Of a DNA stretch of 64,000 bases, positions 37,800 to 45,678 are shown piece after piece (the stretch's first letter is position 1; every line of letters starts with the position of its first letter). Source of the DNA: Candidatus Limnocylindrales bacterium (GTDB taxonomy: Bacteria > Chloroflexota > Limnocylindria > Limnocylindrales > CSP1-4); assembly GCA_038234575.1 (NCBI GenBank), contig JBBQTO010000001.1, forward strand, positions 724 to 64,723. The letters run 5' to 3'. The notes under the pieces are model-generated. The model was not told the origin of the DNA, searched no databases, and saw nothing but the letters and a program-made list of their open reading frames with translations. A program made the position numbers and the translations under genes.

Positions 37800-39079
37800 A
37801 AGCCAACGGCGACGCGGACATCGCGGCGGAAGCGCCGGGTTCGGAGGACGGGATGGCTCAAGAAACGGCTCCCGAGGGCACGGCTCCCGAGGGCACGGCT
37901 CCCGACGGATCCGCGCCGGCGGATGAGGGCGCGGCGGCCGCCGAGGCGGGGCGATCGCGTCGAGCCCCGGGACCTGTCGCAGCTCGCACGGGCCGGGCTG
38001 GTAGCACGGCGGAGCTCGTCGAACCCGAGCCGGCGCCCGCGCCGTGGCGCGTCGATACCGCCAGCGGATCGCTCACACCCCGCTCCTCGCTCGACATCCT
38101 GATCGACGTCAACGACCGGGTCATGAGCGGCCAGATCGCCGACTACGAGCCGGTGCCCCTCGGGATGCCGCCGATCGATCGCACGATCGGTGGTGGCCTG
38201 CGCCCCGGCGAGATGCTCCTCATGGGCGGTGCCCAGGGCACCGGCAAGACCACGATGGCGCTCCAGATGGCGCGCAACATCGCCGCCTCCGGCCAGGCGT
38301 ACGTTCTCTACGTCTGCTTCGAGCACGACGAGGCGGACCTCCTCAATCGGATCATCGCCATGGAATCGCTCCTGCCGCGCCTGCCGCACAAGGCCGGCGC
38401 CGTGAAGATCCAGGACGTCCGGAGCGAGGTGCTCGGTAGCTGGGCCAAGGCGGGCGAGGGCCTGCCCGATATCGCGGCGAACCCCAAGCTTCGACCCTCG
38501 CTCGAGCGGCTCGCGCGCTACGGCCACAACCTCTTCCTGATGCGCGGGTCCGCCACCACGAGCACCGTCGACAACCTGCGGGAGCTCATCCAGCAGCATC
38601 GCGAGCGATCGGGTGACCGCCGGCTGGTCGTCTTCGTCGACTACCTGCAGAAGGTGCCCGTCCTCCCGGAGCCGTCGAACGAGTCCGAGAAGGTCACGTA
38701 CGTCGTGAACGGGCTGAAGGACATCGCCCTGACGGAGCACGTGCCGGTCGTCGCGATCGTCGCCGCCGACAAGGAGGGCCTCAAGGCCACCCGCCTGCGC
38801 AACTACCACCTGCGCGGCTCCTCGGCGATCAACTACGAGGCCGACGTCATCCTCATCCTCAACGAGAAGTACCAGATCGTCGCGAAGGTCAACATCGAAT
38901 TCAACCCGTACCAGGCACAACGCTTCCGGGACTGGATCATCGTGTCGGTCGAGAAGAACCGCAGCGGCCAGGACAACATCGAGCTCGAGTACGAGAAGCA
39001 TTTCGAGTATTCCTGTTTCGACCCGACCGGCCGGCAAGTCCAGGAAAAGCTCATCGAGGAGCGCCTGTACACCGAATGA
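37796..39079 (+). CDS. RecA-fold ATPase resembling the DnaB-helicase C-terminal domain / KaiC-RadA superfamily, with an acidic low-complexity N-terminus
   Basis: ATG overlaps the M20 stop (ATGA). N-terminal about 95 aa is Ala/Glu/Pro-rich with a TAPEG tandem repeat. Walker A LLMGGAQGTGKTTMALQMA, Walker B LVVFVDYLQK, ..NRSGQDNIELEYEKHF. No N-terminal DnaB primase-interaction domain and no DnaG nearby, so not the replicative helicase. Confidence 0.7.
   Translation: MKANGDADIAAEAPGSEDGMAQETAPEGTAPEGTAPDGSAPADEGAAAAEAGRSRRAPGPVAARTGRAGSTAELVEPEPAPAPWRVDTASGSLTPRSSLDILIDVNDRVMSGQIADYEPVPLGMPPIDRTIGGGLRPGEMLLMGGAQGTGKTTMALQMARNIAASGQAYVLYVCFEHDEADLLNRIIAMESLLPRLPHKAGAVKIQDVRSEVLGSWAKAGEGLPDIAANPKLRPSLERLARYGHNLFLMRGSATTSTVDNLRELIQQHRERSGDRRLVVFVDYLQKVPVLPEPSNESEKVTYVVNGLKDIALTEHVPVVAIVAADKEGLKATRLRNYHLRGSSAINYEADVILILNEKYQIVAKVNIEFNPYQAQRFRDWIIVSVEKNRSGQDNIELEYEKHFEYSCFDPTGRQVQEKLIEERLYTE
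37865..37909. repeat. 15-bp tandem repeat (ACGGCTCCCGAGGGC) x2.9, encoding TAPEG-TAPEG-TAPDG
   Basis: Seen directly at 37865-37879, 37880-37894 and 37895-37909 (third copy has 2 mismatches). In frame within the N-terminal linker of the RecA-fold ATPase. Confidence 0.8.
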
Positions 39080-39642
39080 CCGGCGCGGCGGTGTTTCCCG
39101 AGCGGATCGAGGTCGTCGTCGAGATCCCGCGCGGGAGCCGCAACAAGTACGAGTTCGACGAGTCCGTTGGGGTGTTCCGCCTCGACCGTGTCCTGTCGTC
39201 GGCGGTCTTCTACAACTTCGACTACGGGTTCATCGAGGGGACGCGCGCCGACGACGGCGACCACACCGATGCGGTCCTGATCATCGACGAGCCGACCTTC
39301 ACCGGGTGCCACGTGTGGGCCCGGCCCGTCGGCGTCCTCGAGATGCGCGATGACAAGGGCGAGGATTTCAAGATCCTGTGCGTGGCCGAGGCCGATCCGC
39401 ACCAGGAGCACGTGACGAAGATCGAGCAGATGCGGCCCCATCGCCTCGTCGAGATCGAGCACTTCTTCAACACGTACAAGCTGCTCGAGGACAAGCAGGT
39501 CGACGTCGTCGGCTGGCGCGACGGGGGGCGGGCTCGCGAGATCCTGGTCCACGATCGGGCGCTCTGGGAGCGCGAGGGCCACGCCCGGCGACCCGCCGCT
39601 AGCGCCGCAGCCGGACCCGCGACCCGAGCGGGCGGTGGCTGA
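39076..39642 (+). CDS. ppa: Inorganic pyrophosphatase (family I)
   Basis: VVVEIPRGSRNKYEFDE..FYNFDYGFIEGT..DGDHTDAVLII (Asp cluster) ..KILCVAEADP. ATGA overlap with the upstream gene. Confidence 0.9.
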   Translation: MTGAAVFPERIEVVVEIPRGSRNKYEFDESVGVFRLDRVLSSAVFYNFDYGFIEGTRADDGDHTDAVLIIDEPTFTGCHVWARPVGVLEMRDDKGEDFKILCVAEADPHQEHVTKIEQMRPHRLVEIEHFFNTYKLLEDKQVDVVGWRDGGRAREILVHDRALWEREGHARRPAASAAAGPATRAGGG

Positions 39643-40273
39643 GGCCATAGCGCACCGGCATCGCAATCGGTTCGTTCCGGTCGAGGACGACCCGGCGAGG
39701 CCGCGGCTCTTCTTCGCGGTTCCCATCCCGGATCCCGCTCGCGAGCGGGTCGCGTCGCTCATGGCGACCGTCCAGTCGTCCGTCGGGGACGGCTCCGCGA
39801 AGATTCGCTGGGTCCGCATCGAGGGCCTCCATCTGACGCTGCGGTTCCTCGGCCCGACGCCGCTCGATCGCATCCCGGAGCTCGAGGCTGCGCTCGCGTC
39901 GGTGGCGGCTGGGGTGGCCCCGTTTCCCGTCACGATCTCCGGGGCGGGCGCGTTTCCCGGACCGCTCCACCCCCGGACGCTGTGGCTGCGCATCGAGACT
40001 GGCGCCGACCGCCTGGCCCAGCTCGCCGAAGAGCTCGGGACGGTGGCGGCCGTCGACGGCACGCAGCTCGAGACCCGCCCGTTCGCGCCGCATCTGACGA
40101 TTGCCCGCACCGACGGGCTCCGCTCCGCGCCGGAAGCCGCGCGGGCATTGATCTCGGCCGCCGAGACGCTCGAGGCGCCGTTCACGGCCGAGCGGGTCGT
40201 GCTCTTCCGGAGCCTCCTCGGTCGCGGACCGGCGCGATATGAATCTGTCGCCGAGGCCACGCTCGGGGGCTAA
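39635..40273 (+). CDS. thpR: RNA 2',3'-cyclic phosphodiesterase / 2'-5' RNA ligase (2H phosphoesterase, ThpR/LigT)
   Basis: Two H-x-T/S-x motifs, HLTLRFLG and HLTIART, at the family-typical spacing. About 212 aa. The start overlaps the ppa 3' end by 8 bp. Confidence 0.8.
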   Translation: MAEAIAHRHRNRFVPVEDDPARPRLFFAVPIPDPARERVASLMATVQSSVGDGSAKIRWVRIEGLHLTLRFLGPTPLDRIPELEAALASVAAGVAPFPVTISGAGAFPGPLHPRTLWLRIETGADRLAQLAEELGTVAAVDGTQLETRPFAPHLTIARTDGLRSAPEAARALISAAETLEAPFTAERVVLFRSLLGRGPARYESVAEATLGG

Positions 40274-40309
40274 GCGGTTCAACGGCAACTGCCTGCTACG
40301 ATCGAACCG

Positions 40310-40576
40310 ATGCCCACCATCGTGTGTCGCACGTGCGGCCGCCAGGTCTACACAACCGCGCCGCTCGAGTCCCTGTTCGCGGAAGAGCGGCGCTGCCCGC
40401 GGTGTGGCGCCGGCCTCGACCCCGACCGTCGCGGGGCTGACAACCGACGGCACGAACACCAACGCCAGAACCCGCCGAACGACCCGGGGCCGCCGGACAG
40501 CATCGAACGCCGGATTGCCGATCGACGACAGCAGCGCGGACGGCGGCGCAATGACAGCGGACCGTATTCCGTCTGA
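40310..40576 (+). CDS. Hypothetical zinc-ribbon protein (C-x2-C ... C-x2-C) with a basic disordered tail
   Basis: CRTCGRQVY..(24 aa)..CPRCGAGL, then an Arg/Asp/Pro-rich tail. The 3' end overlaps the tyrA start by 26 bp. Small ORF in a GC-rich genome, so only moderate support. Confidence 0.4.
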   Translation: MPTIVCRTCGRQVYTTAPLESLFAEERRCPRCGAGLDPDRRGADNRRHEHQRQNPPNDPGPPDSIERRIADRRQQRGRRRNDSGPYSV

Positions 40577-41510
40577 CTTCGCGGACGCCCGACGCGCGGC
40601 CGCGAACCTGCTTCCGGACAGGATCGCCTTTCTCGGCCTCGGGCTGATCGGCGGCTCGATCGCCAGCGCTCTGCGCGCCGCGGGGGCCGAGGCTAGACTG
40701 GTCGCGTGGACGCCGTCCGGTCGCGGACCCTCGGGGGCGCTGCGGCGCGGACTGATCGACGAGGCGGCGCCATCGGCCGAAGCGGCGATCCGGGATGCCG
40801 CCCTCATCATCCTCGCTGGTCCGCCGCTCGCGGTTCTTGGCCTCCTCGACGCGATCGCGGCCGAGGTCGGGGCCGCGCTCGACCCCAACGCGACGGTCAC
40901 GGACGTCGCGAGCACCAAGGTAGCGATCGTGGAGCGGGCGGCATCGCGCGGCTTGCGATTCGTGGGCGGTCATCCGATGGCCGGGCGCGACACGTCCGGT
41001 GTCGAGGCGGCCGACCCCGATCTGTTTCGCAGCCGACCCTGGGTCATCGTTCCGACGGCCCACGCAAGCGCGGGCAATGTCGTTCGTGTGGAAGCGCTTG
41101 CGGCGGCGACGGGGGCCACGCCCGTCCATCTCTCGGCCGGCGAGCACGACGTCGCGGTCGCGGCGATCAGCCACCTGCCACTGGTCGCGGCAGCGGCCCT
41201 GGTCGAGGCCGTCGCTGGTGGCGAGGCTGCCGGCGGCAAATCGTGGTCCACCGCTCGATCGCTCGCGGCGGGCGGCTGGGCGGACATGACGCGGCTCGCC
41301 CGCGGGGATCCCGAGATGGGAGCCGGCATCCTGGCGACGAACGCCGGGAACGTCGCGACGGAGCTCCGGGCGTTTCGCACCGCCATCGATCGCTGGATCG
41401 AGGCGCTGGAAGCGCCCTCCGGTCCGGATGCGCCGAAGCTCGCAGAGCGCCTCGAGGCGGCCCGTCGCCTCCTCGCGGCGCCGCCCGGATCGGACGAGAC
41501 CGAAGGATGA
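40551..41510 (+). CDS. tyrA: Prephenate (or arogenate) dehydrogenase
   Basis: N-terminal Rossmann IAFLGLGLIGGSIASAL, catalytic ..TDVASTKV..FVGGHPMAG.., C-terminal dimerisation domain. ATG at 40551 is internal to ORF 40239..41510 (the upstream part is a spurious extension). Confidence 0.8.
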   Translation: MTADRIPSDFADARRAAANLLPDRIAFLGLGLIGGSIASALRAAGAEARLVAWTPSGRGPSGALRRGLIDEAAPSAEAAIRDAALIILAGPPLAVLGLLDAIAAEVGAALDPNATVTDVASTKVAIVERAASRGLRFVGGHPMAGRDTSGVEAADPDLFRSRPWVIVPTAHASAGNVVRVEALAAATGATPVHLSAGEHDVAVAAISHLPLVAAAALVEAVAGGEAAGGKSWSTARSLAAGGWADMTRLARGDPEMGAGILATNAGNVATELRAFRTAIDRWIEALEAPSGPDAPKLAERLEAARRLLAAPPGSDETEG

Positions 41511-42112
41511 TCCCCAAACCCGAGCCCGAGCAGGTCCTTGTGATCCCACGAGCCGCGATCATGGCGGACCCAGGCTGGCTCGCACTGCGGGAGGCCGGAA
41601 CGACGGACTTCGAGGCCCTCGTGGCCCGGGAGGGCCAATTCAAGTCGCGCGCGGCGATGGAAAGCAATCGCTCCTTCAAGCAGGTCATTCCGTACCTCGT
41701 GCTTCGTGACGGCAACCGCTATTTCCTGATGCGGCGAACACGGGCCGGCGCTGACGAGCGGCTCCACGATCGCTGGTCGATCGGCGTGGGCGGCCACCTG
41801 AACCCCGGCGACGGCGATCTCGGCGGTGGCCTGAGTCGAGAGTGGGCCGAGGAGATCGATGCCGACTTCACGCCCGATTTTCGGCTCGTCGGCCTACTCA
41901 ACGACGATACGACCGACGTCGGCAGCGTCCACGTCGGCGCCGTCTTCGTTGCCGATGCGGGCGGGCAGCCGGTCGCGATTCGCGAGACCGAGAAGCTCAG
42001 CGGGGCCTTCGCAGAGCCCGTAGACGTGGCTGCCGTCGCCGATGATCTCGAGACCTGGAGCCGGCTGATCTTCGAGGCGCTCGACAGCGCAGAACGGGCC
42101 GTCCCGGGCTGA
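41507..42112 (+). CDS. NUDIX-family hydrolase
   Basis: Nudix-box-like GGHLNPGDGDLGGGLSREWAEEID (G-x5-E-x7-RE-x2-EE). ATG overlaps the tyrA stop (ATGA). ORF 40706..42112 is an over-extension. Confidence 0.7.
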   Translation: MIPKPEPEQVLVIPRAAIMADPGWLALREAGTTDFEALVAREGQFKSRAAMESNRSFKQVIPYLVLRDGNRYFLMRRTRAGADERLHDRWSIGVGGHLNPGDGDLGGGLSREWAEEIDADFTPDFRLVGLLNDDTTDVGSVHVGAVFVADAGGQPVAIRETEKLSGAFAEPVDVAAVADDLETWSRLIFEALDSAERAVPG

Positions 42113-42131
42113 CCGTGATCCCCCCGCGCCG

Positions 42132-43526
42132 GTGCGATACTTCCTGCTGAGGGGGACTCCCGATTTGGGCCATCGCACCAGCCATCACGCCTCGCCGCGC
42201 CTCGCGATCATTGTCGCCGCCCTCGGCTGGTTGCTGATCGCGAGCGGCGCCCGGGCGGCCAACAAGACCGTCGTGGTCCTGCCGGCCACGGGCATCGTCG
42301 ACGAGGGCATGGCCAACTACCTCGCGGACGGCATCTCGCGGGCCGCGGCCGACGGCGACGCCGCCGTCGTGGTCAAGCTCAACACGCCGGGTGGCAGCCT
42401 CCTCGCGACCCAGAACATCACCGGCGCGATGATCGACGCGAAGATCCCCGTCATCGTCTGGGTCGCCCCGTCCGGCGGCTTCGCGGCGAGCGCGGGGACA
42501 TTCATCACGCTGGCGGCGAACTTGTCCTACATGGCACCCGGGACGAGCATCGGTGCCGCGTCGCCGGTCGGGGCCCAGGGTGAGGACATCACAGGGACCG
42601 AAGGCCAGAAGACGATGAACATCGCGATCAAGATGATCTCATCGATCGCGGATGCGCGACACCGGCCGCTCGATTGGGCCGTCTCCACGGTCCAGAACGC
42701 CAAGGCCTACACGGTGACCGAAGCCGTCGCGGCGGGCGCGGTCGATGGCGAGGCGGCGACGATCGACGACGTGCTGTCCCAGGCGAACGGCAAGGTCGTC
42801 CACACCGGGGCCGGCGACATGACCCTCGATCTGGCCGGCGCCACGACGACCGAGCAGCCGATGAGCCCGTTCCTATCCTTCCTCCGGCTCCTGTCGGATC
42901 CGACGATCGCGTTCCTCCTGCTGAGCACCGGCTCGGTCGGCCTGCTCGCCGAGCTCTGGAGCCCCAACTTCGTGACCGGCATCCTCGGCGGGATCGCGAT
43001 CATCCTCGCGTTCATCGGGCTCGGAGCGCTGCCGCTCAACGTCGGCGGCCTCCTGCTCGTGATTCTCGCCTTCGTGCTGTTCGGCCTCGAGCTGACGGTG
43101 ACGAGCCACGGGCTGCTCGGGGTCGGCGGCGTCGTGTGCCTGGCGCTGGGAGCGTCTGCCCTGTTCACCGGGCCGGTCGATCCCTTTGGTCCCGCGGTGC
43201 GCGTCGCCCTTCCCGTGATCGTCACCAGTACCGTGACCGCTGCCGCCCTCATGGCTCTCGTGGTGTACGGGGCGCTCCGATCGCGGGGCATGGCCCCGCC
43301 CGTCGGCATGGCCGGTACCGCCGCAGCTGTCCCGCCGGGTTCGCTCGGTGTCGTCCGTCGCCCCCTCGAGCCGGTCGGGTCCGTTTACGCCGGTGGCGAG
43401 GAGTGGTCCGCGCGAACCGCCGACAACCACCCGCTCCGGCGAGACACGCCGGTCAGAATCGTCGCTCGTGACGGGCTGACGCTCGTCGTCGAGGCCGACG
43501 CGTCATCATCTGCACAGTCGTCGTAG
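42132..43526 (+). CDS. NfeD-like membrane-bound ClpP-class serine protease (long form) with C-terminal OB domain
   Basis: Signal/TM, ClpP-like domain (..IVDEGMANYLADGI..VVKLNTPGGSLLATQNITGAMIDAKIPVIVWVAPSGGFAASAGTFI), several TM helices, C-terminal OB-fold-like region. The exact start within the first about 40 codons is uncertain. Confidence 0.8.
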   Translation: MRYFLLRGTPDLGHRTSHHASPRLAIIVAALGWLLIASGARAANKTVVVLPATGIVDEGMANYLADGISRAAADGDAAVVVKLNTPGGSLLATQNITGAMIDAKIPVIVWVAPSGGFAASAGTFITLAANLSYMAPGTSIGAASPVGAQGEDITGTEGQKTMNIAIKMISSIADARHRPLDWAVSTVQNAKAYTVTEAVAAGAVDGEAATIDDVLSQANGKVVHTGAGDMTLDLAGATTTEQPMSPFLSFLRLLSDPTIAFLLLSTGSVGLLAELWSPNFVTGILGGIAIILAFIGLGALPLNVGGLLLVILAFVLFGLELTVTSHGLLGVGGVVCLALGASALFTGPVDPFGPAVRVALPVIVTSTVTAAALMALVVYGALRSRGMAPPVGMAGTAAAVPPGSLGVVRRPLEPVGSVYAGGEEWSARTADNHPLRRDTPVRIVARDGLTLVVEADASSSAQSS

Positions 43527-43535
43527 GAGGTTCTG

Positions 43536-44435
43536 ATGGAAGGCGCCGTGCTGGCTGCGATCGTCGCGTTCGTGGTGGTCGTACTGCTCGTGTTCGTGTA
43601 TCTCTCGGTTCGGGTCGTCCAGCAGTACGAGAAGATGGTCGTCTTCCGGCTCGGCAAGACGAACGAGGCCATGGTCCGCAACCCGGGCATCAACTTCCTG
43701 ATCCCGATCGTGGACCGGCCCGTGAAGGTCGATGTCCGCGAGCAGTTCATCGAGGTCCCGAGCCAGACGACGATCACTAAGGACAACGCCCCCATCAGCG
43801 TCGACTTCCTCATCTACTGGCGGATCAGCGAGCCCCTCAAGAGCGTGGTCAACGTCGCGAACTTCGCGGGCGCCCTCCAGGGCGTTGCCACGACGACCCT
43901 CCGCGCTGTGATCGGCGACATCCTCCTCGACGAAGTGCTGTCGAAGCGCGAGCAAATCAACGAGGTCCTCCGGACGAAGCTCGATGAGGTCACCGAGCGC
44001 TGGGGCGGCAAGGTCACGACGGTCGAGATCCGCGAGATCACGCCACCGCGCGACGTCCAGGACGCGATGAACCGCCAGCTTTCCGCCGAGCGCACGCGGC
44101 GCGCCGTCATCACCGAATCCGAGGGCTCCCGGCAGTCGGCCATCAACGTCGCAGAGGGCCAGAAGCAGTCCGAGATCCTGAAGGCCGAGGGCGACAAGCA
44201 GGCCGCGATCCTGCGGGCCGAGGGCTTCGGCCAGGCCCTGACTCGGATCTTCCAGGCGGCGACCGGCATCGACGAGAAGACGATGGCCCTCCAGTACCTC
44301 GACGCGCTCAAGGCGCTCGGGGCCAGCCCCGCCACGAAGTTCGTCATCCCGACCGAGTTCACGCGGCTCGTCGAGCCCTTCACGGGCTTCGTCGAGCGCG
44401 GCATGTCCGGCGGCGATGCGAAGGCGGCCCGATGA
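43536..44435 (+). CDS. SPFH/band-7 protein (stomatin-like), the NfeD partner
   Basis: N-terminal TM, SPFH domain (..YEKMVVFRLGK..FLIPIVDRPVKVDVREQ..TKDNAPISVDFLIYWRI), and a C-terminal coiled-coil (AERTRRAVITESEGSRQSAINVAEGQKQSEILKAEG). Confidence 0.85.
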   Translation: MEGAVLAAIVAFVVVVLLVFVYLSVRVVQQYEKMVVFRLGKTNEAMVRNPGINFLIPIVDRPVKVDVREQFIEVPSQTTITKDNAPISVDFLIYWRISEPLKSVVNVANFAGALQGVATTTLRAVIGDILLDEVLSKREQINEVLRTKLDEVTERWGGKVTTVEIREITPPRDVQDAMNRQLSAERTRRAVITESEGSRQSAINVAEGQKQSEILKAEGDKQAAILRAEGFGQALTRIFQAATGIDEKTMALQYLDALKALGASPATKFVIPTEFTRLVEPFTGFVERGMSGGDAKAAR

Positions 44436-45610
44436 CGAAGATCCTCGTCGTCGACGACGAAGCCAACGTCCAGCGCCTCCTCCAGTACACGCTCAAGCAG
44501 GCCGGCTACAGCGTCATCGTCGCCGGCGACGGCCAGGAGGCGATCCGGCTCTGGTCGGCCGAATCGCCGGCGCTGATCTTGCTCGACGTCGGGCTGCCAA
44601 AGCTCGACGGTTACGCGGTCGCCGAGAAGATTCGGACCGACGAAGGCGGCGGCAGCCACGTCCCGATCATCATGCTGACGTCCGAGAAGGAGGTCGAGCA
44701 GAAGGTCCGCGGCCTCCGCGCCGGGGCGGACGACTTCCTCGTGAAGCCGTTCCACCAAGCAGAGCTCCTCGCCCGGATGAAAAGCCTGCTCGCGCGGTTC
44801 GGCCCGCAGGAGGGCGGGGCCCTCGGCAAGCCGCCGCTCGGGCGGATGATCGCGTTCTACGGCGCGAAGGGCGGGGTGGGGTCGACGACGATCGCCATCA
44901 ACACCGCGATCGCGCTGCAAGGCCTCCACGATCGCAAGGTCGTCCTCGTCGATGCAGCACTTCAGTTCGGCGACCATCGCGTCTTCCTCGACCTCGGCAA
45001 CGACCGCAAGAGCATCATCGACGCCGCCTCCGCCCCGAATGTCGATGCCGAGCTCCTGAAGTCGGTCCTCGTGAAGCACGATTCGGGGATCGATCTCCTG
45101 CTCGCGCCGGCGACGCCGGAGGAGAGCGACCTCGTCTCCGAAGAGCGGATGACGAGCGTCCTCGCGATCCTCCGGGGCATGTACGACTACGTGATCGTCG
45201 ATGTCGACAAGCGCCTCGGCGATCTCACCCTTTCGATTCTCGATCACGCCGACGAGCTCCACGTCGTCATGACCGCCGATCTGTCCTGTCTGAAGAACGT
45301 TCGGCTCGTCCTGGAGGCGCTCCAGCGCATCGGCTTCCAGTCGAACCGGCTCAAGCTCGTCCTGAACCGCTCGAACGCGTTCACCGGCGTGACCGCCGGG
45401 GCCGCCGAGAGTGCCCTGAAGCGCAAGTTCGAATCGAAGATCACGAACGATTACGCGGTCGCGATCCGGGCCCAGAACACGGGCCAGCCGTTCTCCTTCT
45501 CAAAGCCGGAATCACCGCTGGCAAAGGAGATCGGGGCGCTCGCCGGGCAGATCGACGCGGCCGTCGCTCAGGCCGCGATCGCCGCAAAGGCCGGCGCCTC
45601 GCGGCGCTAG
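44432..45610 (+). CDS. Canonical response-regulator receiver domain fused to a CpaE/TadZ-like ParA/MinD-family ATPase with atypical Walker A (GST)
   Basis: REC: ILVVDDE (DD), LLDVGLP (phospho-Asp), IIMLTS (Thr), FLVKPF (Lys). ATPase: deviant Walker A GAKGGVGSTTIAIN, with the P-loop GK[ST] lysine replaced by Ser as in TadZ/CpaE. ATG overlaps the stomatin stop (ATGA). Confidence 0.85.
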   Translation: MTKILVVDDEANVQRLLQYTLKQAGYSVIVAGDGQEAIRLWSAESPALILLDVGLPKLDGYAVAEKIRTDEGGGSHVPIIMLTSEKEVEQKVRGLRAGADDFLVKPFHQAELLARMKSLLARFGPQEGGALGKPPLGRMIAFYGAKGGVGSTTIAINTAIALQGLHDRKVVLVDAALQFGDHRVFLDLGNDRKSIIDAASAPNVDAELLKSVLVKHDSGIDLLLAPATPEESDLVSEERMTSVLAILRGMYDYVIVDVDKRLGDLTLSILDHADELHVVMTADLSCLKNVRLVLEALQRIGFQSNRLKLVLNRSNAFTGVTAGAAESALKRKFESKITNDYAVAIRAQNTGQPFSFSKPESPLAKEIGALAGQIDAAVAQAAIAAKAGASRR

Positions 45611-45678
45611 CGTCCCGCGGAACGGTCGTTGCCACGCCGGGTGAGCGTCAGGTAAGCCGTCGCCCGTAGGGTCGGGCA

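Noticed and set aside
37865-37909. Possible CRISPR-like short repeat
   Set aside because: Only 2.9 contiguous copies of a 15-bp unit with no spacers, and in frame inside a coding N-terminal linker (TAPEG repeats). Not a CRISPR array; none found elsewhere in the window.
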